Shown piece by piece: positions 45,612 through 56,500 of a DNA stretch of 64,000 bases. A program made the position numbers and the translations under genes. Within the stretch, counting starts at the first letter, position 1. Every line of letters starts with the position of its first letter. Origin of the DNA: Amoebophrya sp. A120 (lineage: Eukaryota; Protista; Dinoflagellata); NCBI GenBank assembly GCA_905178155.1, contig CAJINV010000019.1:87265-151264 (forward strand), read 5' to 3'. Under the pieces are notes generated by a model that saw nothing but the letters and a program-made list of their open reading frames with translations, made no database searches and had not been told where the DNA came from.

Positions 45612-48600
45612 TCAAATTTGCAGAAGCGCATCGCTCCCGTTTGCTGCCTCAACTCGCCCCCTCCAACTCCGCCCCTTGCAAGACTGCTGGAGGATTTTTC
45701 GGGTCAGGTATGCAGTGCAAAAAAACATCGTATTAAATGCAAGAGAAAACTGCATGACAAATCGCTTCCTGAAGCTAAATCAGTATCACAAGTGCGATTT
45801 TTCCATTTGCAGAAATCTGTCATGCGATTGTTGACCTACGAGTAGCACGACACATTTGCGATGCATATCAAGAAGATGATGGCGAAAGTGAAGAGGAGGA
45901 TGATCCCGACCGTTGTCGCGGAACAGAATTCCATGAATTCCGCGTCTTGTTGCAGTTCCGGTTTATTGTCCCCGCTCTCCCGGATGAGATGACTCTTCGC
46001 ACTGTTCATTCCCTGCGCCTGCTCGTTCTCCGAGGACCACCTCCCGTAGTTGAGCAGGAAATTCAGGTACGATTGCGAAGTAGAGTCGGTCGCCGCAGAG
46101 GAAGTGGAGAGACTGCGAGTGTTTCCATCTTCACCATCTTCTTCAGCAAGAGCTGCTACATCCCCTACTTCATTCGTCTCGGGGAAGTTGTTGTGTCCGC
46201 CCTGCTCCTCATCAGTTTGAGTTTCGACGATTCTGCTTTGTTTGAGGTTTTCGCCCTCGGATAGTTGTAGTTTTTGCGCCAGCTGCAAGTGTGGTGGTTC
46301 TTCTTCTTCTTTTCCCGCCTGCTCCTCAACATTGTCGTGTTCTTTTTTCTCTGATTCTTCGCCGAAGAAAATTCGGTTGAAAAACGAAACCAGTTTCTGG
46401 TTAAACCGCGGACCACTTTTGCGTTGAAGGTGGTTCAAGTTCGACTTTGAAGACGTGGTCGACGTCGCTTGTTGTTGATCCAGGTCAGCTTTGTCGTCAT
46501 TTACAGACTTATCAGCATCTTCATTTAAGACATCGGTTTCCCTTTCCTCGTCGACATCTTCCATGGACCCCGTCGCCGCGTACTGGGGGTTGCTGTACCC
46601 GCCCCGGAGATTTGAGGTTTTCTTAACAGCTGATGTTCTACTTCTTCTGGAAGCACCAGTGTTGACATGATCAACATCTGAGGATGAGGAAGACGTAGTT
46701 TCTATCTTTCTTGCCGAGGAGCTACTAGCCGCTCCTGCTGTGCTGGTGCTGGTTGCGGGAATTCCTGCACCACTGGATGGAGTTGTAGATGAGGGCTTTG
46801 TTGTACTCTGCGCCACGTCGGAAGTAGATGCAGCTCCTGGTGAGCTGCTACCCGCTTGTTCATCGTCTACTTCGACGTGTTTTTCCGATGTCGCGGCACC
46901 CTTTGTAGGCGAAGAAGAAGATGAAACCGCGGCCGTACCACTGCTCTGTAGTTTCCGAGCAGCTTTACCTTGAGAAAGTCGTGCAGAAGTTGTAGTTGTT
47001 TTTGTGACGTCTTTCTTTTGGAGTTGCGTCTGATCCTGCTGCTGCTCGTCACCCTCCAACTGTAGGAATGCGGAGGAAAACGCAGTGGCTTCTGGGTCGA
47101 GGTCGTCCACATCATCTGCCTTTTTGTGATGATGATGATGATGGTGGTCGTGATGCTTGGCTGATTGTGGTTTTTCGGCAGGAGCATCCTCCTCGTCATC
47201 TACCTCTTCGTCCTTAGCCGCCGACGACGGCGCCTTCGCTTCTTTTTCATTCCCCGCGGCTGTACTAGCAGATTTGCTTGTAGTTTTCGGTGCGGCAGCG
47301 GCAGAAGGACCAGCACCTCCTTTCGTTCGACCTTGGGTTTTTGTCTATCCTGTGGAAAAGTATCGCCCTCGTGCTAATGTAATACGGCGGATATCTTTGC
47401 ATGACAGATCTGATTTTCTATTTCTAGTACCCGGGTTAGCATTGGAAGTATCATTTTCGATTCTGCAAAAATTTGTAATCTGCAGTTGCTAGTACGTGTA
47501 GTACCACCAGTACGATAAGTATCGACGAGACTTTTCAACACTGCATATTTCCCCGCCCTTGCTGCCACCACCTTGCACATCTACCGTCGTCTTCGTTTGC
47601 GCAACAGGAGGCGTTGGTGCGCCGGCCGTCGCAGTCTGGCTGGCAGGAGGCAAAGTGGGCACGGAGAGGTCCATTCCCGGTACCAGGCCGCTGACGACGT
47701 TCTTGCCACCAGCCTTGCTCCGCTGCGTGGAAATTTCCGGAATCTTTCCCGCGAGAAGATCCCGACCGGCTGGCGTTTCTCCCAGCACGGAGGGCGGCTC
47801 CTTTTCCACATCGTCGTGCCATTTTTTCTCCCGGTGTTTCGCAGTCGCCTTTTTGTGTTCTTTCTTCTTTTTAGCCGCTGCGCCTTCGCTGCTCTCGTCC
47901 TCGCTACTGCCGGTTGCTTTCTTCTTTTTCTTGTTCCTACTACGGGCGGCCTATCCTCTGCAAAAGTATCGTACTCGTAGTGGCTGCTGCAGCTACTCCT
48001 GCATTACAGATTTCATGCTCTGTCTACCACAATCGCCAGCATTACAAATTCAATGCTTCAACTTGGGAAATAAATTTGTGATGCAATTTTGAATAGTAGC
48101 ACGATGCTTTTGCATTGCATAGGGCTGCGACCAGTCCCAATCCCGTTGCTCCTGCTGCAACGCCGCCCGCGGCTACAAGTCCGGCCTGCAGCTTCTGATT
48201 CTTTTGGATCTCTTCTTGCAGCTCGTCGTATGAGAGTGCACAACTCTCCATCCTCCTTATTTGTCATGCAAAACTACACCAAATCCAGTTGCTGCCTTGT
48301 AGCATTGTTTGCATGACAAACTCCGGAAGCCCAAGCAGTACTACACTAGGGACATAAATTTGTCATGCATCGGCTCCACGTGTGCTGGTGTTTGTATTGC
48401 TGTTCATGCCATGCAAATGAGGGGGAGGGGGAGTTCTGCATTGTCATAGGTTGTACAGCGTGTTGCCGTCAAGCTCGTGTTGCTATCGAATGCAAATGTG
48501 TCTGGGTCTGGAAACTTGTGATGCTGAGCCCCCCTTGGCTGAGCCTGTTCCAAGAGCCACCAAGCATGACAAGTTTTCGTCGAGCTTTCTTACTTTTATA

Positions 48601-49300
48601 CGTAGCAAGCATAAGCATTACACGTGGCGTTTTTGCATGACAAAAAAGGCACAACTTGTGCTGGTCATGCAATACAGACTTGGCACTCATGCAAGACAAG
48701 CAGCAGAACTTCCTCCTTTCCAGACCCAGACGTATTTGCAATGCATAGTTGCAAGTCTTCAATCTTCTGGTCGTCCCGGGCGTTCTCTGCTTCGGCGTTA
48801 TCAGTTGCTGTTTTGGCTGCTTCTTTGGCCTTTTCGAGCTGCCTCCGCAACTGTTCGATAGTATTCTGGTCCTCATTGTGTTGTGTCTTGAGATCGTTCT
48901 TGTCACCTTGTATCCAAGAAAAAAATTGTGTAGGAAGAGCAGCGTCACAAATTTCGTTCTGCATCTACAGAAAACACCTGTCATGCGCAGCTAGTAGTGT
49001 ACGTGAAAGCACGCATCAAGCGTCGGGTGGCTATGAACATGCAGCTTCGGCACGACATTGTCGTGCCGAAGCTGCTTCTTCTTCTTCCTCTACACTTGTC
49101 ACAAGTGTAGCGGTTTTGCATTTTCTACATCTTTGCAAACTTACACTTACACAGTTTTTTTCTTGCACATCTTCCAGGTCGCTGATTTTGGCGTCGTCCG
49201 CTGCATCGTCTTCTCGGGCCTCCGCGGCGTCGGCATTAGCCTTCGTTAGTGCCGCCTGGTCCGTCTTATCCAGTTGCGCAAATCCAACGGACGTTGCTCA
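45612..49300 (-). CDS. Low-complexity protein with C-terminal transmembrane helix; 6 TIR introns; 5' end unresolved
   Basis: Junctions in frame: DLE/DDKND, DLQ/HELDG, LYN/QLQEE, VAA/PRSRN, GGE/KTQGR, IIFL/TRKIL..LLQI TGA at 45612; TM-like VGIILLFTFAIIFL. Confidence 0.7.
45709..45867. mobile_element. Degenerate family C-like introner
   Basis: tatgcagtgcaaa ... tttgcgatgcata; flanks tcagg/tcaag. Confidence 0.7.
47346..47547. mobile_element. Degenerate family C introner
   Basis: tatcctgtggaaaagtatcg ... cgagacttttcaacactgcata; flanks ttgtc/tttcc; frame restored. Confidence 0.7.
47952..48121. mobile_element. Introner family C
   Basis: Family C TIRs; flanks cggcc/gggct; frame restored. Confidence 0.8.
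48229..48448. mobile_element. Introner-like element, singleton family
   Basis: tatgagagtgcacaactctcc ... ggggagttctgcattgtcata; flanks cgtcg/ggttg; frame restored. Confidence 0.7.
48484..48747. mobile_element. Introner family A
   Basis: Family A TIRs; flanks gttgc/gttgc. Confidence 0.9.
48911..49169. mobile_element. Introner family E (right end decayed)
   Basis: tatccaagaaaaaaattgtgta ... ttacacttacacagtttttttcttgcaca; flanks ccttg/tcttc; frame restored. Confidence 0.75.
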
Positions 49301-50924
49301 GGAGGTAGAGGCAGATTGATATTAGAATACAAGGTAAGCTACAACAGCTTCTTTTTACGTAGAAAACGACTCGAACTCAAAGCGCAAGTTGTTGAGGCTC
49401 AGACATACCACATCCGGCTGAGAACAAGAAGCTATACAAGAAGCAGCTACCGAAGTAGAATCGAAGGACTTTTACGTGTCGATGCTTTTACATGTCCTAA
49501 CAATTGCGGAGAGGAACAAGAATTAAAACAGGAAAGCTCGTGCATACGAAAGAAAAAATACAACTGCAACTGCAATTGGTTTTGACAAGTAGTACATGGC
49601 ACTGATTCAAATCCACCGACAACATCAACTTCTTCCTGCAGAGCTTCACCTGACATCCTGCAAGCCTCTCACAAAGACAAATCAAAATTATAAACATGTC
49701 ATTCATTACTATTTATTACATCTTGACGTGTTAATCCTATTCCTTGTCCCTGGCAACGTGCAGTGTGCCAGGCGTAGGCGGTGTGTTGGGTCGATCAACT
49801 GCAAATATCTCTGGGTCGGTGGTGCTGAATTGTGGATGAGACGCATTTAAGTATAGAAGATAGCGTCAAAGTGTATATGCATGTAGAAGCGAGCATGACA
49901 AGATGTTCTATTTTCTCATGCGTGGGACTGTACAAACACAAACAAACTGCTCTTCAGACGAGGAAAGGGTCATGCAAGGAGATGAAAGATTCTACACTGG
50001 AATCTCTTTTTCATACATCTGATTTCCAGTGCCAGTCCAGGAACGAAAGCAAGACACGCAACACAAGTCCACCTCAGCCCGACCCAGGATGGGAATGTTT
50101 TCACGAAGTAGATCTTCCAGACGGTCGATTTCCTCATTCCGGTCCGCCACGGAGGGGTCCCACTCCTGTGAGTAAGTGTTTTTTACGATAGTACCATACA
50201 AATTCTCAATAGAAAAAAGCGAGACCGCTTGTTTCTTTAATTCCGTTCTGCTCCGGACGGTTCTACTCGAGTATGTTTGTCATTGATGTCAGTCGACTTT
50301 ATCTCAAGCCGACCCTATTTTTAATACTGTTCGCTATCTCACCATGTAAGTACATGTTGGCCAGGGAGACGCTAGTAAGGCCCCAATTGGTATATATATT
50401 ACCAATTCCTGCAGTGAAAGCAAAAGTAGAAGTCGGAAGCTGCTTTTTTTTTCTTGCGTTAAGAAAAAATACCTACAACTGCAAAGCGGTAGATTCAAAC
50501 CACAAACTCGAGATGCGACTTCCTGGACCAATATCGCATTAGATGCGACATTTCGCATGCATACATAAAAGCAATTGGTCCTGCAACACACTTGATGATG
50601 ATTATGATGATGATGATTATGATGACTTAATACTTGTAAGACCCAGCTGTTTGGTCCATACGTTGTAAGGGTAAGCAAGTAAGTACTTACCGGCTGAACA
50701 TCGAGGTGACTAATATGGAAAGAAAAAAACCCTGCACGTTCGTTCAATGCTGGTCTTTCTGCGGACTTATATATAGATACGCGCGCGGGCGCGCAAGTCG
50801 TTTGACAGCAGATCTTCAGCCATGACATCGAAGAAGTTTTGCCATTCCTGTTCTCATGATTGCAAAATTACGAGTACGATGGGCTTTTTTCTTCGGCTAG
50901 TTGTCTGGGTCCGATGCGCCGATG

Positions 50925-51227
50925 TATCAACTGCAAATATTTATATCCGGGTCTGGAAAGTTATCGTGCTAATAGCTCCGTGCATGACAAAAGCAGCACG
51001 AGTAAAGGAATTATACTTACACAGGTAAGTAACATCACCCATTTGATGTGAGCGGTCCTGTTGTGCGTAAAAGACATGAGAAGCAGCGTTTTTGCATAGA
51101 AGAAAAAATCACCGCCATTGCGCAATATGTATTTACAGAATCCGGGAGCATAGAGGCTGCTGGTAGCTCAGCGTGACGATTTACAAGCCTGGAACCCTCC
51201 ACGACCCAGACATATTTGCATTTAATA
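50925..51227. mobile_element. Introner family A (diverged)
   Basis: tatcaactgcaaatat.. / ..gacccagacatatttgcatttaata; flanks cgatg/cgatg. Host exons not resolved. Confidence 0.8.
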
Positions 51228-52006
51228 CGATGTTCCAACCATGCGGGAATTGAGCCGCCCACTCAGCTTCGGTGTAGCATCCATCTTTGCCGGGACTCCA
51301 TCAAAATGACAAATCTCCTCCCTCGACGTCCACACTCAAATACAAATTTGGGAAGCGGGTGAGGGATCTGTAGCGTGCACAATAACTCACTCTGCCATGC
51401 CAGAGAGAATATCACAGAAAAAGCAGAGCGTCGGAATGGATAGCGCCTAGACTCTTTGCTGGCTCAGCATGACTGAAGAAGGCAGCAGAACAGCAGTTTT
51501 GCCCAGAATTGCCTAACAAATGGCAATGAGCCGATGCGTACTTACTATAGTGTCGTGTCACTTCGCGCTCGCCTTGTCGAAGGACAGAGCCGGTCTGTGG
51601 GTGTGGCGACAAATCAGCATGATAAAGAGATTTCGTTTTTGCGTCTGGGGAGAGGGGGAGAATTCCCGAGGATAGATCGCCTGGAAGGGGCATGGGTCCC
51701 ACTTCTGGAAAGAAAAATTCGCGACACGACAGTCACTATATTCATTTTGCTGGTTGTGCATGAGCGTGGCATCACTCACAATTTTTCCTTGCATAGAAAC
51801 GCGCCAAGTGTGAAAGAAATTCTCGGGGGAAAGAGCAAGAGCGTCACTGCTGTGCTCCCTCCTGTCGATCGTCGTGAATGTTGCATTTTTAAGCACCATG
51901 ATAACCGTTTTTATCATGCAAGGATGGCACGAAGCGAACTTTGCGACGAACTTTTTGCGTTAGGTATCCAATCGGCCTGGCACAATATGCCGTCATCCCC
52001 CGCCAG

Positions 52007-52319
52007 CATCCTACGAAAAAACGCCCCCCACCCATATTCAAGATGAGACCTTTGCGACACAAATCTTGTTCAACCGGGGTGGCTAGAAGGTGCAGTCGCA
52101 TCACGAATCCATTTTTTCTCCATTCTGATGCGGACATGATGAACTTCCAGAGAGATGAGCATCGAAAAACGTTTCGCATCCATGGAGCTGCGCATGAGAG
52201 ATACATAATTTTGGCATGCAGACTCGCACGACAAACATGTTGGAGTGTTTTTGTTCTGCAAAAAAACCAAAATGAGGCACAGCTTGGAGTTGGCCGACGG
52301 GACGTTTTTACTCAGGATA
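52007..52319. mobile_element. Introner family D (diverged)
   Basis: catcctacgaaaaaacgcccccca ... gggacgtttttactcaggata; flanks gccag/gccag. Confidence 0.8.
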
Positions 52320-52544
52320 GCCAGCTTGGATGCTTCGTCCCAAGACATAACCTTGTCCATGGTATGGGAGCGGCAGGAGGTGGGAAATCGACCAACTGAA
52401 AACATAATCTACCATGCAAAAAAGACACTTTGTTGACCAGTATGAAATGCGCCCACTAGCTTAGTTCGAGGCGCTCCACCTCGTTCATGGCAAATTCTCC
52501 CCACGCGTCGCGGCAAATTGGAAGGGAAGTGGGTCTATTGCTAC

Positions 52545-53541
52545 CTGGGGGGGAAAAAGGTGAAATAATGTGGCGCGATTTTCCCGCCCACCATTTATGA
52601 TGATAGATGAGACACCTGCGCGGCAAGAACTGCGGCGCCTCAAAGTCGGCGCCGGCAAGGATCGGGCCAGACACTCAGAATAAGTAGAAGGGCCGCCCAC
52701 AGAAGTGACAAAAAATCAGCGGCAGGAGGAGACTGCATGTCCCCGCATGTGAAAGAGTGCGTCTCAGAGAGAGTGCCCATTTCCGTATATGGATGGCCGT
52801 GGAAAAATCGACGACAGAAAAAAGGCGCACGACTTAAATCTGAAAAGGCAGGAACTGGCAAGAAGGCGCAGCCGTTCACTCACTGAACATGCCCTCCAGA
52901 AAGCGCGCTCATTTTTTCACATGTGGGGAAATAGTCGCCAGAAAGAGAGCGCGCCCATCCGCATCCGACAAAATAGTTGCCAGTAGCGACAGGCCTCACG
53001 TCTCGTTTTTCGTGTGAAGGAATGACCTCCAGGAACAAGCCCCACTTTTTCGCATGTGGAAAAATGGACGCCAGGAACAAGTTGCATTTTTTCACATGTG
53101 AAAGAATGGTCGCCAGAACAAAATCCATTTTTTCACATGTGAAAGAATAGCCGCCAGACACACAATCCATTTTTTCCCATGTAAAATAATGGCCGCCAGA
53201 AACAAAGTCCATTTTGTCACATGTGAAAGAATGACCGCCAGAAACAAAGTCCATTTTTTCACATGTGAAAGAAAGCCCCTGAAGCGATACCGCTTGGCCG
53301 GCCCCCCGGGGCAGATGCAAGAGCTCCGCACTGGATAGCGCCTGGCCTCCGCCTATTGCTATTCTTCTGCCGCGGTTTCTTTTCTGCGGGCAGGGCAGCT
53401 TTGCGAGTGGGCTTGAAGACGTCACCCCGTGAGCGCTGGAGCATTTCAATCTGCTTCGCAGCGTTGCCGGGCCCGCCTGCCATTTACCCGCAAAGCCCGT
53501 CCCTATTTCAAATCCTCCACATTATTTCACCTTTTTCCCAG
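52545..53541. mobile_element. Non-autonomous TIR element (~1 kb) unrelated to the introner families
   Basis: Perfect 23-bp inverted repeat gggaaaaaggtgaaataatgtgg (52551-52573) / ccacattatttcacctttttccc (53517-53539); internal tandem array. Confidence 0.6.
53028..53275. repeat. Tandem array of ~42-bp units with palindromic core TTCACATGTGAA
   Basis: About six adjacent copies of gccagaaacaaagtccattttttcacatgtgaaagaatgacc, plus looser copies near 52745 and 52895-52940. Confidence 0.85.
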
Positions 53542-53599
53542 CTCCACCTCGTTCATGGCAAATTCTCCCCACGCGTCGAGGCAAAGGGGCGTGGCACTG

Positions 53600-56500
53600 T
53601 TGTGGATCGAGTAGGTGGGGCCTCGTTCCCCTTTCAACATGCTCTTTAGCAGCTCCGTGCATGACCCAGGTGGCCGTGCTTACAATCGGAATCTTCGGAC
53701 TCATCAAATTCAAATGCTCCTTGCCTGCAGAAAATAGGCAGTTTTTGCGGGAACCGCGTAAAAAAGTATCGCAATTCGCACATGGCAGTTTGCACATTTC
53801 CCACTTAATACTAGCATACCTGGGCTCGTGCCCATCGTCCGTGATCAGGTTCGCCATCATTTGCGCGTGTATGTCATCCTTGGCTTCCTCGGGATCGATC
53901 GGGTTATCCGCGCCGGGCCCGAGGTACTTTCCGGCCTCCTCTGCATCGATGTGCGACCCAAGAGTGCCGCGTTCCAGGCCGTTCTTGTCTTCGATCACGT
54001 CGATCAGCGCTCTTTTTTATCAACTGCAGACCTGTCTGGGTTTAGCTCTAGAACTCGACGACGCAAACTTCTACTAGTGCTTGTCTGGCATGGCTGTGGA
54101 ATCTTCTGTCGTGTCTTGCGTGTTGATATGCAGAGGTCGTGCCGCTTGCTTGCATTGCACAAAAATGTCGAATACGTGCCAGACAGATAGGACGACCATC
54201 TCGAAAACTTTATTTCATGGCCATGCTTTTGCTTGCCTGGGTACTACTAAGTTGCTTTGCGCCCTCTCTCTCGTGCACACCTTAGCACAACAAGAACTTT
54301 CGTTGTTTTAATACAACAAGATATTTCTTCGATTCTGTTCATACCCGGGTATGCGTCCTCTTCCTGGCCATAGGAGGTGCTGAGTCTCCCCGTAGTAGTA
54401 TCATGCGAAAAATAATGGTTCCACTCATCAGACAGGACGTTCTTCCCCTCGCCCGTGACGGGCTCGTGAGGAGGGGTGCCGTATCCTGATCACAAACGTC
54501 CCCACCCCATCCCCATCGTTGTCATGCAAATCTACATGCTCAAAGTCAAAATGTCTCTCATGATGAGCCCAATTGTTTGTAAGACGTATTTTCTAGTGCT
54601 GTAATGAAATTCCTGATTCTCGAATCAGCATGAGATGCTAGATTTGTGATGCACCTGCACTTACTAAGCGCGCTTACATTTTTGCGTCGAGTCCAGATTT
54701 GTCATCGGCAACAGCCAAAACTTGTTGATTTGCCCTGCAGGTTATTCGCCAACTTGACTATGAGGTGGGGACGTTTATTTTACATTTGATACGTCGTCCA
54801 CAGCCATCCAGGGCGGGGCAGCGCCGATCCCCGCATCGGCCATATCGTGGTCGGCAGTTCCATGCTATCCGCAGTAAAAACGTCCCTGTCAGAGCACATT
54901 TGGCATGCAAATCTGGTGCATGTGCATCACGGACACGTAAATACTTGTGTCCCATGCTGCACAGCCCCATGAGGAGAGTTTTCTGATGCTGTCTTCTTGG
55001 TTCTATGCTCTAGTCAGGAATGAAGTCGATCAATCCACTGAAATGCGAGTGCACTAGCTGAGCAAGTCTAGACAAGACACGGACCCAGAGTTGTGAAATA
55101 TATGCCCAAGTGCAGCCATAACTTTGCTCTACATATGGGCAAAAATGCCAATTTGAACAGGGCCTGGTGTTTTCACTGGGGGTACGTGATCGTGCAGGCC
55201 GTGCTCGGCATAATCTTCTTCATCTGCCAGAATGTATCGCCAGAAAAAACTGTTTCACTGTAAACTTGTAATGCAGAAAATGTATCCGAGAAGTATTTGT
55301 CTTGCCACACATGCAAGACAATGGATTTTTAGCTGTGTTTTCCCTTAGGAATCTCGCATGGCAAATTTTCTCTGGGATGTAGAACAAACTTGTGATGCAA
55401 AACTTGCAAAATCCTTACAGTGAAACACTTTTTTCGTGGGATAGAATGTTGCCGGGAACGAATGCAGAGCAATAATCAATACAAGTTATGCGGAGGCTGC
55501 CCTGCATGAGAATAAATGCCCTTTCCGAGGAGAGCGAGAGTAGACATCAAGAACCGCGCATGCGCATCTCTTGCCCACTACGCAAGACAGATCTTTGTCT
55601 CTTCCAAAACACGCATAAGACGTTCAAGTTTTGGTTTTCACCTTTCCAGACCTTGCGATATTTGCAATGCATATCGCCATCGGGTTTTCAGGTAGCTCTT
55701 CCAAAGCGTCCTTCGCGACGTGGTATGGAAGTGGACGCCCCCCTCCCGCCCCTCGGTCAAAATTGAAGAAAGGCGGATGCGGAATGAAATTACTTATAGC
55801 ACCAAAAATACAAAAAGGGACGACCAACAGAAACGATGTGTCCTCTGCGTGACAACTCTAGGCACGAAAGAGTGTAATAAAAGCAGCTTGACCTGGTGCT
55901 CCTTGGAAGCCGCAACTTGTCATGCGCAGTGAGACGTGCAACATTATCGATTTATCAAATAGCTGGAATTTATTTTTCCATTTATTTTGCGTTCTTGCAT
56001 GACAAAGAAGGGACGGTGGCAAGCTTTCCACTTTCATACCTTAATGTTCTTTATCCATTGCAAATGTAGTTATGTCTGGGTCCTCTGGAAGGACAAAGGC
56101 GCAACTGCTTATACTTTCACTTTACGTTCCTGAACCTTGCATGAGAGAGCAGGAGTCTGGTGTACAGCAACGGCATGAACGTATGGCAAGTTCTTTTGAT
56201 AAGTAAGCTTGTTAAAGCGTCACTTGTAAATTGCATGGATGCCAAAGAATCAGAACTGCCTTCCAGCGCGAGAAAAAAACTCGGCTAATAACCGCGGCAT
56301 GAAGTACAGATTTTGTTTTCGTAGAGAAACTCACCCTGCGTCACAACTCCAAACTCGGACTTATTTGCAATGCGTATTCTTCTGGTATGGGGTTCTCAAA
56401 TGATGCATTCCCAACTGCTCTGTGGGTTTGTGAATGCAAAAGCACGGATCACGCTGCACACCGTCAAGCCTTCTGCGCATGGCAACTTCTCGATGCGCCC

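Noticed and set aside
53028-53275. CRISPR-like appearance of the 42-bp array
   Set aside because: Sequences between palindromic cores are homologous to each other, not unique spacers; no cas genes; eukaryotic context.
53660-55680. Further probable decayed introners (starts near 54018 and 54866; ends near 53818 and 55673), also near 49790 and 50880
   Set aside because: Only one terminus or no convincing flank pair could be assigned by eye, so they are not listed as features.
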